Assembly (NCBI RefSeq): GCF_020745735.1
Contig: NC_083405.1
Location: 67,422,345 to 67,486,344 of the forward strand
Reading direction: 5' to 3'
DNA from: Hemiscyllium ocellatum
Taxonomy: Eukaryota
Length of the DNA: 64,000 bases
The notes beneath the pieces are model-generated. The model ran no database searches. It was not told where the DNA came from and was given only the letters and a program-made list of their open reading frames with translations. The stretch's first letter is position 1. Every line of letters begins with the position of its first letter. A program made the translations under genes and the position numbers. Positions 24,350-37,070 of this stretch are shown here, in pieces.

Positions 24350-25115
24350 TTTTGCTCTGCAGTCATCAGGAAAATTCACAACATATACCAATAAAAAGAG
24401 AATGGTCAGAATGCTGACTGGTTGGCGCATGGATTCTGATTGATAAAGGTGTTGTCATGGAGAACTTTATAGCTAATGATGTTTGACAGTTAACTCTGAA
24501 GCTTGATCTTAGACCATGCAGGTTGAATCTGGTTGCCTTGAGAAGTTGACTGGTCAAATGGCTGTCAGCTATTTCACTGATCAACGACAACCACAGTGCA
24601 TGCACATGTTCTTTCTATCTGCAAAGAACAAGCCCCTGTGTATTAATAAATATAGCTTTCAATACACACAAGTTTGCCAGACAATGCATCCAACTGATGA
24701 TCTTAAATTTTTTGTCAGTGGAATTTTTCACGCATTCCAGATTGTCAGTAAATGTCCAAATGTAGGATCACATTTTGCAAGCACAGGCTAATAGTCAGGA
24801 CCTTGCTTTCTACAAACAAAGACATATGCTGTTTGATATGATCCATCAAATTTGAGGTCAAATGACCTACGTTCTTGATGTCATGCCAGCACTAAATTTC
24901 TTACACAATATCACTCAAATATTGCAACAAACAAGGTACTGACCATAATCATACACAAATCTAGACTAAGTCTGGCAGTTAACAGTCAATCATCATTAAC
25001 TGCAGCATTCACCAAGGCAACACACCTCTATCAAAAAGAAACCATCATTCTTACCTCAAATCATATAAATGTTGATTTTCCCTATTACTGGTATATTTTT
25101 TAAATTGTCCTGATT
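24350..25115. mobile_element. Old MITE-like element with long imperfect terminal inverted repeats
   Basis: 24361-24512 aligns with the reverse complement of 24960-25115, for example tcaggaaaatt..tatacca and gataaaggtgttgtcatggagaa..gacagttaact. Confidence 0.6.
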
Positions 25116-25182
25116 AGAATATTTTAACCTTCATAGGATATGGGTGTTGTTGGTTAGGTCAACATTTATAGATCATCCCTAG

Positions 25183-25525
25183 TTAGAGTCATAGAGAAAT
25201 ATACCACGGAAACAGACCCTTCAGTCTGACTTGTCCACACCGACCAAACATTCCAATCTGACCTAATCCCATACGCCAGCATTTGGCTCATATCCCTCTA
25301 AATTCTTCCTGTTCATATACCCATCCAGATGTCTTTTAAATGTTGTAATTGTATTCACTCCCCTGGAAGCTCGTTCCATACACACATCACCTTTTGCATG
25401 AAAAAATTACCTCTCAGATCCTTTTTAAGTCTTTCCCCTCTCACCCTAAACCTATGCCCTCTAGTTTGAGTTTCCCACCCAAGGTGACCTTGGCCGTTCA
25501 CCTTATTCATGCCCCTCATGATTTT
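25183..25525 (-). mobile_element. CR1 3' end
   Basis: It is the reverse complement of a CR1 3' UTR. Confidence 0.85.
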
Positions 25526-25719
25526 TTATTCTTAAACTCTCCTGATTTGTGCCTTGTAAATGGTGGACAGGTTCTGGCGGAGCCAGGAGTATTACTTGCT
25601 GCAAGATTTCTAGCTTCTGACCTGCCTTTGCAACCATTATAAAACAAAAATCTTGGGAAAAAAAGTCTTTCTTCAACTTAAGTTTATAGAATTTCTTGGT
25701 TTCCATATATTTAAACAAA

Positions 25720-26115
25720 CTTGGATTCATAGCATCTTTCATCACCACTAGATGTTTCAAGTACTTAATGGCTAATTAAGTGCTTTAAAAATATAGCTGT
25801 TGTGGTAATGTAGGAAACCAAAGAACTAAATAGCCAATTCCCACAAACAACATGACAATGGGCAGATAATGTGCTTGTGATGTTAACTAAAGGGTAAATA
25901 TTGGCTAAGGTAGCAAGAATAATTATCCAATCTTTTTCAAAATAGTGCTATTAGATGTTCTCTATCCACCTGAGAGAACTGCTTTGGTTGATGTACTTCC
26001 TGAAGCACAGTATTGAGTTTCTGTGTCTGCCTTGAGTTTTGAGCTCAAGCCAGAAGTGAAACTTTCACCTATAACTTTGTGACTGAAAAATAAAAATGCT
26101 ATCAACTGAGGACAG
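25720..26115 (-). mobile_element. Ancient DeuSINE-type SINE
   Basis: It contains a Deu-like core tcaaaatagtgctattagatgttctctatccacctgagag and a decayed tRNA head. Confidence 0.55.
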
Positions 26116-26808
26116 TAGACACTAGGTAGATATGTTTCAGGAGATGCATTTTATTTTTCAAATAAAAGACAAAGAAAAACCAAGTTAATTTACTGGAGCA
26201 AATTTACTGAAATTCTAATTCTAATTGTAAATACAATTAGAATTTGACAGGATATGTTTTGATATGGTGGGTTAGTTTTTCAAAATTGGGTCTGTTGCAT
26301 TCATTTTGAAAAGGCCCCTTAGTTTATAGGGGCGGACATGCATTAATTCCTCTCTGACAATTTAAAATATTTACGAAGTAATAAGTATAAAATAAGTATT
26401 TAATTATCACATGTCCAAACAACAGATGCATTTGACTATTCAGTCTTTAAAAAGCACTTCCCTTGTTAATCTATAATTGCTTCAAATGCTGTATGATATT
26501 AATATTATACAAATATTACAAATAATAAATTACAATTGGTAAAATATTTGTGAGCCTAGGAATAGCTGTTGATGTATAACTGAGAATTTAACAAAGTGTA
26601 ACAAAGAAATCCAATTAACATATAATTGTAATCATACATGAAATGGAAAGTTTTGCTCTCCTGGTTTTAGTCAGTGAAATCTAGATTTAATCGATTACTA
26701 AATAAAGCTATTAGGAAATATTGTTGCTTGACTTGCAGGCATTTATACTAGACCAATTTGTATTACAGTATGTATTAGAGTTGTAGTTATTGACATCAAA
26801 ATTCATAC

Positions 26809-27166
26809 CTGATATTGTAGTTTCCAGCAGAATTTGATTCTTCTTCAGAAGACCGATCACGACACCATGTTGAATATTCTTCTGTGGCACTTACCTTACT
26901 TGAGGCACTTGGGATCTCATTAGTGTCTATTTTGTTGCTCAAACTGAGGCTGCCAGTGAGAGAAACTGAGAAGGATACATCAAACTGAGTGTTTACAGTC
27001 CCAGAGTCATCAGCATTCAATAGTTCATCCTCTGATGTTGGAGTGTGTTCTGAGAAACTTTGGTGGCAACTGTCACTACTCCTTACTGATGCGGTTTCTT
27101 CCCTATCTTCAGGTTCTATTTCCGTATCATCACCAACTGCACTATCTTGTTCTGATCCCAGTTCCA
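26809..27166 (-). CDS. COBL: Cordon-bleu family acidic/Ser-rich exon (358 nt)
   Basis: A long polypyrimidine tract precedes ctatcag|TG and the donor is AG|gtatga, phase 1 to 2. EETASVRSS and DDSGTV resemble COBL EETVSVGS and EDSGVM. Confidence 0.8.
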
Positions 27167-27479
27167 CTGATAGAGAATCCAGAACAGAAAATAAAGAAAA
27201 CAAATCACATGATTAAAATAATTCAGTTAGAAAGTGCTATTTAATGTCCATATTTACTATAACTACTGAATTTACACTTCAATAGATTACTAATATGAAT
27301 ACAGGGTAAAAACACATAATGCAGCATCAGTTTATTGATGAAACAAAGACAACACAATTATGGCATCTTCTGAGTAAATTACTGGTGTTTAGAGATACTG
27401 TGCAAATTTGTTCCAGAATGTATTACATTTATTTTATTTTGCAATATTGCCAAAATAAAAATGAACATTTTGATATAAG

Positions 27480-27785
27480 ATTACTTACAGTGTGGAAACT
27501 GGCCCTCTGACCCAACAAGTCGACACCGACCCACCGAAGCGCAACTCACCCAAACCCCACACTCTGCCCCTTCACCTAACATTATGGGCAATTTAGCATG
27601 ACCAATCCATCTAACCTGGACATTTTTTGCACTGTGGGAGGAAACCGGAGCACCCGGAGGAAACCCACGCAGACACGGGGAGAATGTGCAAACTCCACAC
27701 AGTAAGTTGCCTGAGGCAGGAATTGAACCCGGGTCTCTGACGCTATGAGGCAGCAGTGCTAACCACTGTGCCACCGTGCCGCCCA
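27480..27785 (-). mobile_element. HE1-type V-SINE
   Basis: It has the full head GGCGGCACGGTGGCACAGTGG, the B box and the V-domain. Confidence 0.95.
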
Positions 27786-28065
27786 TTAAAATAAATATCA
27801 CATAGAAAGGTAAATTTTAAATCTTAAAAGACACTCAGTTATGGAAGGGCAAAGTTTTGCTTCACTTACTGCGTTGAAATAGGCAATAATTATTTAAGCA
27901 AGTTAATATGTGTGGTAATTTCATTATAATTTGCAGAGTGCAGAAAGTGGCTCAGTAATGCCAGAAACTGTTTTAGAATACAGAACATAGAACAATACAG
28001 CGCAGAACAGGCCCTTCAGCCCTCGATGTTGCGCCAACTTTTTAACTAATCTAAGCTAAGGTTTT

Positions 28066-28386
28066 ATTTAGATTAGATTATTTACAGCATGGAAACAGGC
28101 CCTTCGGCCCAACAAGTCCACACCGACCCGCCGAAGTGCAACCCGCCCAGACCCATTCCCCTACATTTACCCCATTCACCTAACACTACGGACAATTTAG
28201 CATGGCCAATTCACCTAACTTGCACATTTTTGGATTCTGGGAGGAAACCGGAGCACCCAGAGGAAACCACGCAGATACGGAGAGCATGTACAAACTCCAC
28301 ACAGAGATTCGCCTGAGGCGGGAAATAAACCCGGGTCTCTAGTGCTGTGAGGCAGCAGTGCTAACTGCTGTGCCATCGTGCCGCCC
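28066..28386 (-). mobile_element. HE1-type V-SINE
   Basis: It has the head, V-domain and (TAATC)n tail. Confidence 0.95.
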
Positions 28387-29087
28387 ACCAGTTTTATACT
28401 TTAAAATTTAGTTAGGAGAAATAATTTACCAAAATATCCATTGTTTTGTCCCTATGTTATCAGTGCAAGTGTTTTGGTGCATTTTCTTTTAACTGATTAA
28501 CAACAATCAAAACAACTTGCTAACAAATGCTAACATGTCCTTGAATGGATATTAGCTGGTGATTAAAGAAGAGCAGGAGAATAAAGTTGTTGAATATTTA
28601 GCAAAACCTTGCTTAATGTGGGATCATAGATAATATAATAGTACAAATTATTTAGTAATTGAACACAGAAGTTTGTTGCTGTTTTATAAGAAATCATTTA
28701 AATGTATTCATCAATGAAGTGCAGCTGCCTACTTAGTGAAGCTGATCAACGAAAGTGGATAACATGAATACTTTTATATACCCAAATGTTTGAGACCAAT
28801 AACTCAGACAAAAGGTCAAGGATTGAATTTATTAAGTAATATTTTCAAATTTAAATGTGTGCGAGTTTTGGGCCCACACAGAATCTCATATATGGACTGT
28901 CTATCTTGGTGAGTCCACAGATTGGTCAGTTGCCCAAGCCTGACATTATTATATAGCTGGACCTGACTATAGCATGGATGGTTGTGCCATGGCCAGGTCC
29001 AGTCTGGTGCAGTCAGACAGGTTGAGCTGTTTAGTTCTGAACCTTCTGATATAGCAAAAATGAGATCAGCAGATTGTTTAGTCATAC

Positions 29088-29310
29088 CTCCTTGGTTCAG
29101 TTGTGTCTTTTTGCGAATGCTGTGATTTGGATTGTCCACGAAGGCGATGTTAGCATTTCAAGCAACTCTCAGCAGCTGATAAACACAAGGGAATTTCTTA
29201 CCTGTCGACTTTATATGTTGAGTGTGTGAAAGGATCTGGAGTTAATGGGCAGGGGATCAGGGAAGCCAATGGGACAGAGCATTGAAAGTCTAAAGTTGAC
29301 TCATTTGTGT
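29088..29310 (-). CDS. Candidate pair of small COBL exons (29310-29202 and 29119-29088) separated by an 82-nt intron
   Basis: Splice sites are accag|AC...GACAG|gtaaga and cacag|C...GGAG|gtatga. Phases 1>2>1 join in frame to the 27166 exon (TNESTLDFQCSVPLASLIPCPLTPDPFTHSTYKVDSIRKKTQLNQG). There is no clear homology, and the second acceptor is weak. Confidence 0.3.
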
Positions 29311-29429
29311 CTGGTGTATGGAAACATACATAAAGTTTAAGCCAAAAATTATGGATCAACAGTTACATGAGGTTAACTTATACACGTGTATAAAAACTAA
29401 CAAAGCAGAAATATAGACGTTTTCAATAA

Positions 29430-29640
29430 TGAGACAAAAATAGAAATTGCTGGCTAAGCTCAGGAGGTTTGGCAGTATCTGTGGAGAGAAATCATAATTA
29501 ATGTTTCAGGTCAAGTTCTGAGGAAGGGTCATTCGACCCAAAACATTTCTCTCCACAGATGCTGCCAGACCCGCTGAACTTATCCAGCAATTTCTACTTT
29601 TGTTTCTGATTCACAGATCCACAGTTCTTTCAGTTTTTAC
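29430..29640. mobile_element. Palindromic Penelope remnant (family D)
   Basis: Inverted arms surround CTGAGGA-agggtc-attc-gaccc-aAAAc. Confidence 0.7.
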
Positions 29641-29864
29641 TTTTTCAATGATGTTGTATTAGAAATATCTGAGGAGAACTTGAACACGCTCAGAATCTAA
29701 ATGCTCCAAGTTGCTTAATCTTTAGAAAGGATAAGGACATTTGGAAATGCACCAATATTGATAGGAGATAGAATGCAAAATTGCAAAGCCCCTGAAATTA
29801 AGATATGGGGATCATGATGCTTGACAGAGCTTTATCTGTTTCATGAAGCTGACAGTAAGCAAAT

Positions 29865-30990
29865 ATTGAAAAGTGTGGTGCTGGAAAAGCGCAGCACGCC
29901 AGGCAGCATCCAAGGAGCAGGAGAATCGACGTTTTCGGGCATACACCCTTCTTCAGGAATGAGGGTGTGCCAAGCGGGCTGAGGTTAAAAAGTAGAGAGG
30001 GGGGAATTTGGGGGAGGAGCGCTGGGAATATGATAGGTGGAAGGAGGTGAGGGTAATAGGCTGGAGAGGGGGTGGGGGCAGAGAAGTCGGGAAGAAGATT
30101 GCAGGTCAAGAGGGCGGTGCTGAATCCGGGGGCTGGGACTGAGATAAGGTGGAGGGAAGGAAAATGAGGAAGCTGGAGAAATCTACATTCATCCCGTGAG
30201 GTTGGAGGGTTACTAGACGGAAGATGAGGCGCTCTTCCTCCAGGCGTCGTGTGGCCAGGGTCAGGCGATGGAGGAGGCCAAGGACTTGCATGTCCTTGGT
30301 GGAGTGGGAGGGGGAGTTAAAGTGTTCAGCCACAGGATGGTTGGGTTGGTTGGTGCGGGTGTCCCAGAGGTGTTCCCTGAAACATTCCGCAAGTAGGCGG
30401 CCTGTCTCCCTAATGTAGAGGAGACCACATCGGGTGCAGCGGATACAGTAAATGATGTGTGTGGAGGTGCAGGTGAATTTGCAATGGATATGGAAGGGTC
30501 CATTGGGGCCTTGGAGGGAGGTGAGGGGGGAGGTGTGGGTGGAAGTTTTGCACTACTTGCAGTTGCAGGTGCTGGGAGTGGAGGTTGGGTTGGTGGGGGT
30601 GTGGACTTGACCAGGGAATCGCGGAGGGAGTGGTCTCTCCGGAACGCTGATGGGGTGGGGAGGGAAATATATCCCTAGTGGTGGGGTCTGTTTGGAGGTG
30701 GCTGAAATGATGGAGGATAATACGATGTATCCGGAAGTTGGTGGGGTGGTAAGTGAGGAGTAATGGGGTTCTGTCCTGGTGGCGATTGGAGGGGCGGGGT
30801 TCAAGGGCGGAGGTGCGGGAAGTGGACGAGATGCAGTGGAGAGCATCGGTGACCACATCGGAGGGGAAATTGCGGTCTTTGAAGAAGGAAGCCATTTAGG
30901 CTGTTCGGTAGTGGAATTGGTCCTCCTGGGTGCAGTTGCGGCAGAGGCGAAGGAATTGGGAATATGGGATGGCGTTTTTACAGGGGGCAA
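29865..30990 (-). mobile_element. 5'-truncated Penelope-like element (family A-related)
   Basis: It reads CKNAIPYSQFLRL, PLLLTYHP and YIRETGRLLAECF..HFNS. The reverse complement has CTGAAGA...GAAAAcGTC near 29925-29960. Confidence 0.9.
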
Positions 30991-31199
30991 TGTTGCTGTG
31001 TTTGCTAATTATAATAGTTATGATGTATGCTGCATTGAATGCATTGTTGAATGACCGTACACTTTAGAAGGGAATCCAAGATGTATTGCGTTCTGGCTGT
31101 CCAAGGGCAAGAACTGGTGAGGAAAGACTGAAGACTGGAAAGAACCTACAAAAATCATGCACAAACTTCAGAACATCTTTCACATTTCTTAAAAGTTGT

Positions 31200-34100
31200 G
31201 CAGAAAGCCTTGATGTAGGGCACAAAGGAGGGAGGTCCCTTTTTCTAAGGGGAGCAGAAGGCTCTCCAGTCACATACCGAGAAAGCAGTGGGAGTATATA
31301 TCTGTTGTGGTCGGTGCCAACAGTCTAGGATCTGGATATAATGCACGAAAAATTTTAATGACCCCACATAAGTAATCAATGTCAGTGGATACATCTTCAT
31401 ATGTCATACACCCGCCAACTGCACAATTGGCGTCACACATCATTCCATTGGCGAAGTGAATAGTTTCAAACACAAGGAACACATCAGAGAAATAGTCAGA
31501 AATTCTATTTCAGGAACGGCAGGTAATGGCAAAACCATAAGTATATTGTTTAAGCCAGATGAAAGAAATAATAAGCAGGTGTATAAAGCATAATGCTGAG
31601 GGACAGGTTAGAATGTATGGCCTGAATAAAAGTTCTATATATAAATGGAGTGTAATGAACAAGTTAAGTGAGTTGCAGGAAAAAAATCAAATTGCAAGTT
31701 GTGATATCGCAGCCATTACTGAGTAATTGTGATATCGCAGCCTTACTGATTTGAAAGAAAATTACATCAATGGATTGGGAACTGAACACACCAGCTTATA
31801 AACTTTACAGAAAAGAGAAGGGGTAGAGTAGCCTTACTGATTTGAAACAAAATTACATCAATGATGAGAAAGGACATAATGAAGGCAAAGATTCCAAACA
31901 AGACCTTGTGGGTGGAACTGAGGTACTGTAAAGGGTATAAACTGTAACACCTGGTAGCAGCTCTGAAGTGTTAGATAGTATAAATTAGGCAATGTGAACC
32001 AAAGGCAGACTAGTACTAGTGGGAGATTATAACTTTAACACAGTTTGGGAGGGGCAGATGTGCACCTGTCAAAAAGATAGTGAATTTCTAGACTGTCTAG
32101 GATGATTTCCCAGAGCAATATGTCCTAGGTGAAACAAGGTGGCAAGCAATACTGGATTTAGTATTGAGGAATGAACCACATGGAATGCGTAACCCAAAAA
32201 AGTGTGAACTTTTATCAAAAAGTGATCATACATGATCAGTTCAATGTGGTGATGAGTTCAATGTAGCGGTTTGAAGCAAAAAGCACAAATCAGCTGTTAG
32301 AATTTTAGATTTAGCCATGACAAACTTTAATGAGCCAAGATAGAAACCACCCACAATAAACTGGAAAAAATCTGCTAATGGGTAAAATAACTGAAGAACA
32401 ATGGAAAATGTTTAAAGAAATATTTGACACAATAAAGCACCAGTAAATTGCCAAGAGAGAAAAAAGCCATGCACAACTGAAGAAATAAAACTAAAAGTAA
32501 GGGTTTACAAAAATGCAAAAAGTAGCTGAGATCCTGTTAAGTAGGAAAGATACAAAGACCAGCAAACCAGTTTATGTGAGCTACTAACAGGGATTATAAA
32601 AGGAAAATTGTCAAGGTCATCATAAGGAGAAATTTTATAGTTGCATAAAGGGCAAGTGAGTGGTCAGGAACAACTGAAACAGAGGATATTGTCAGAGATT
32701 GTGGGGAATGTTGAATAGCATTACATGAGCTTTCATGGTTATTTTTTGCATCAATTTAAAGGTCTGTCCACCTGAACCTCCAAACATCCTTGGACATAAT
32801 AGCAGAAATGTTGAATAATTATTTTGCCTCAGTATTTATATTAGGAAAGGAGAACAGCTTGCTGGATGTCCCAAGGAAATTAACAGTGGATTGGGGAAAA
32901 GGAATGACTAAAACTAATGTAAATGAAACATTGATAATGAGAGAATGAATGAACTAGAATGACAAATCTTCAAGTGGTTTCCATCTGAGGGTGTTAGAGG
33001 AAATAGTGGAGCACACTGTAGATGCCCTAATGATTATCTTTCAGAGTTCCCTTGGTACAGGAGTCATCCCTCTAGGTTAGAAAATTGCACATGTCACTCT
33101 GCTCTTTAAGAAGGGTGAAAAAGGAAAACCAGGGAACACAGTCAAGTTAGCCTGGAATTTGTGTTGGGGAAATTGTTGGAGTCTATAATCAAGGATGGGT
33201 TTCTCCAAAATTTTAAGCTAATCAGTGACAGCCAACATAGATTCATAACAGGCGGGCATGCCTGACAAGTCGCACTGAATTTCTTGAAGAGGTGACTGAA
33301 ATAGCAGACAGGGGAATGTGCATGGATGTTGACTATACAAACTTCTAGAAGGTATTTGATATATTTGACATAAGAAGCTGTCAACTAAGGGAGAAACCCA
33401 TGGAACTGAGGGCAAATTACTGACATGGCTTGGAAATTGAGTGACTAGCTGGCGACAGAAATTAGGGATAATGGATAGGTATTCAAATTGCCTGAATGTA
33501 ACCAGTGGTGTCCCACAATAATCTGGATGAGGCCATAAATTATTCACATTATTTATTAATGAGTGAGATAATGACATAGAAAATCTTACATCCAGATGTT
33601 TGATAACATAAAGTTACGCAGTGTGAAGACAATGCAGATGATAACATACAATTACGAAGAAATATTGATAAACTAAGTGAATAGGCAAAACTATGGTAGA
33701 TGGAGTTCAATGTCGTCACATGTGAGGTTATCCACTATGATCCAAAAAAGGATAGATTGGGATACTTTCTGAATGCTATTAAACTAAATACAGAGACTGT
33801 CCAGGGATATTTGCAGGTTCAGGGACATAGACCTTTAAATTGGTGCACAAAATAATCATGAAAGCTCATGTAATGCTGGTTTATATATTTGAACTACTGG
33901 AAATGATGCAGAAGTTATGCTGGAGTTATACAAAACCCTGGTTAGAGTTGAGAGTGTTTTGCTGGAAAAGGACAGCAGGTCAGGCAGTATCTGAGAAGCA
34001 GGAAAATCGATGTTTCGCGCTGGAGCCCTTCATCAGGAATTGTACTTTTCCAACAATACACTCTCAACTCTGATCTCCAGCATCTGCAGACCTCACTGTC

Positions 34101-34635
34101 TCCTAGTTGATTAAACCCTGGTGAGACCTTACTTTGAATACTGTGAGCAGATCTTGGCTCCACACTAAATGGAAGGATATACTGGCATTGGAGGGAGTAC
34201 AATATACGTTAACAAGAATAATACCTGGACTTTAAAGGTTGAGTTCTGCAGAGAGATTATACAAATTGGACCTGTTTTCTCTAGAATTTAGAAAGTTAAG
34301 GGATGATCTGATCGAAGACATCAAGACATTATCAGGAAAAGACAGGGTGGTGAAATATAAATGATTCCTGTGGGTTGAAGATTCTAGAACTGCAGCGTGG
34401 TCTAAAAATTAGGTCCAGTCTGTTCAGGAGAGATGTCAGGGTGTACTTTGACATAGAAAGAGTGATACAGGCTTGAAACTCTCTTCCACAAACAGCAGTT
34501 GATGTTAGATCAGTTGTTAATTTTAAATCGGAGATAAGATAAAATCTTGTTAAGCAAAGGTATTGAGGGACAAGGGGTAATAAATACAATAACAGGCTCA
34601 AGAGGCTGAATAGCTTATGGTGATCCAATGTTCAT
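31200..34635 (+). mobile_element. Old near-full-length CR1 LINE (APE + RT + 3' UTR), heavily decayed
   Basis: Decayed VGDYNF, ILDLVL, SDH, SGVPQ and MEFNV motifs occur in the expected order. Confidence 0.8.
33946..34110. mobile_element. Inverted Penelope remnant (family A) inserted in CR1
   Basis: The TSD is aaaccctggt(t/g)aga. The reverse complement has CTGATGA-agggc...gcgc-GAAAcatc. Confidence 0.8.
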
Positions 34636-35974
34636 TCACAATACTTCCTTCAGTTGTTTGTATGCAATAGATGTTAATCATGACTGAACCTGAGATCACA
34701 GTCTCATCTCAAACTCACACAAGTCACATTGCTATAAGCTGCACACCAACGTAATGCACTATCAAGTATTCAAATTAGGCAGGGTACATCTATTAAGCAC
34801 ACTGTATCACAGTAACGCTTCTCTGTATCTTGCAGAACAGGATAACATAATAAACTATATCTGGTGCTAATTGGCAGTGATAGGCAAAGCTGTATGCGCT
34901 CATTGTCATGGAGGTGACAATGTTGGCAGTTGTTACAGCTGCGATTATTGAGGCAGTATTGAGTGACATGCCTGAAATCATCAAAGATGACATTTCTGCA
35001 TAATCCACCATTTTACAATCTACTTAACATTACATCACAATAATACATACACTTTGCTTTCCCATCCTTGCCTGACTCCAATCCTGACTTTATGCTTTCA
35101 GATAATAAGGAAGAGCTGGTTAGTGAGCAAGTGGTGCAGAAGGTTCTGGCTTTAGATGCACAACAGACTGATGAGTGAAAAAAAATCATCATTTGATCTC
35201 ACTCAACACTACCACCTCAGATACTGGCACAGCAAATAATTCCAGGGTAACAAAAAGTACATGGTGGGTCACCGGGGAAGGAGGAAGGATCAGACATTGG
35301 TCAGCTCCCTACAGATATGCTACTGGAGCAGCACTAGCTTCATAAACCAGAAAACTATTGATCTCTTTCAGGATTATAGCATTCGTCCTTCCACCACTGC
35401 CCCTCTTGCTATTTGCTGTCAGTCAACCAACATTCGAGACAGCTGCGTCCATGCTGAAGTGTGTAAAAGATACTGAGAAGAATTCAAGAGGACATTGATC
35501 GACTGATGAAAAGTGCAGACAGGTGATAGGTGAAATTTTTGTGAGAAAATGTAAAGTGATACGTTTGGTTTGAAAGTTAGAAAGCACCGATTTCTGGGAT
35601 GGCAAAAGACTGCTATGATTGAAACTAAACTCAAATCTCTGAACCATTAATCTCAGTCTTTGGTTTTTGAATTCAGTAATACTGTTACAATGCTATTGAT
35701 TCCCTGGTTTAAGCTGAACTTAAGTCAGTAAACAATCCCTTAATACTTGCCACAGCACTCATTGTAGACTTTTGTAACACGAACTAATGAGAGAAAACCA
35801 CAAAGAGAATCATAGCAGGAATCAGAAAAAAAAACTCACAGCAACTAACCTGCAAGTTTTTAATATTCTGTTTAACTATCGTTGATGTGCGACCTCATTC
35901 TTACTACGGGAACTGTGTGACATTCTGACAGAATGTCAGCTTGAGTGCTGAGCCGCAAAATTACAAAACTAGCA

Positions 35975-36200
35975 ACAAATCAGAAACAATAATAGAAAAA
36001 CTCAGCAGGTCTGGCAGTATCTGTGAAGAGAAATCAAAGGTAATGTTTCTAGTACGGTGACCCTTCCTCGGTTCTGAGGAAGAATCACTGGACCCGAAGC
36101 ATAAACTTTGATTTCTCTCCACAGATGCTGCTAGACATTATATGCTTTTCTAGCATCTTCTGTTATTGTTTCTGATTTACAGAATCCACAGTTCTTTCAT
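35975..36200. mobile_element. Palindromic Penelope remnant (family D)
   Basis: Inverted arms surround CTGAGGA...gaccc-GAAG. Confidence 0.7.
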
Positions 36201-36819
36201 TTTTTTTATTTAGCATCAAATCAACACTGCACACTGAATGATGTCATGATTGTTTCACTCTATATAGTTTTTGAGTTGCTCTGGGAATTGAGCTGCCATA
36301 TCAGGGAAGCATGTCTTGAGGCAGGGAGGAAGCAATTCCACTGCTCTTAACCCAAAAGCAGTTTCTCCCCAAAGCTATTTTTCACCGCCCTGCAGCTGCT
36401 GGATTTCCCATAGTCTGGGTTACACATGTAAAATGGAATAAGTATGAGGCACCCAGTCTCATAATAATATATTCCTAAGAGGCACATTTCCCAGGAGTGG
36501 ATTGGCAATCCATCCCGTGTCCTGTCACTCAAAATCAGAAGTGGATATATTACTGTCAGACTGGAGTGAGTTTTAACATTTTAAATTTTTTACATTGGAC
36601 TCAACCTCAGCCCGTGTTACTTAAATACAAAATTTCTGCAGCTGGGAAAATTAACCACTTTAAGTAGTACTAAATGTTTCCAGAACTATCTGGAAATTAC
36701 CATTACCCCAACAACTTCTCATTGCTGTCCTTTCAGCTCCTCCTTTCCTACAAACTAGAGCCTCAAACATTGTTTACCAATGAAATAGCAATAGGCTTGT
36801 ACTTCTAAAATGTACTTAC

Positions 36820-37070
36820 TTCTGGATTAATTTTCCTGCAATGCAATTTCCTCTATACTGGGGACAGAAATTCAGACTGGGTGGTCACTTTGCTGGACAC
36901 TTCAGTTCACAAGTATAACTGTCAGTTTCTAGTCACTAACCACTTTAATTCCTTATTCCATTCCCAATCTAAACTCCGTGTTCACGGCATCCTTTACTTT
37001 TCAAAGGAAACTCAATGTAGCTTAAGGGATAGCATTTCATTTCGGCACTTCACAGGCCTCCAAATTCAGT
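36820..37070 (+). mobile_element. Ancient Penelope GIY-YIG fragment
   Basis: It shows the decayed motif LYTG...HFAGH...NHFNS..HS. Confidence 0.5.

Noticed and set aside
34850-35420. Possible Harbinger-associated Myb/SANT remnant
   Set aside because: It is too decayed to support with a protein motif.
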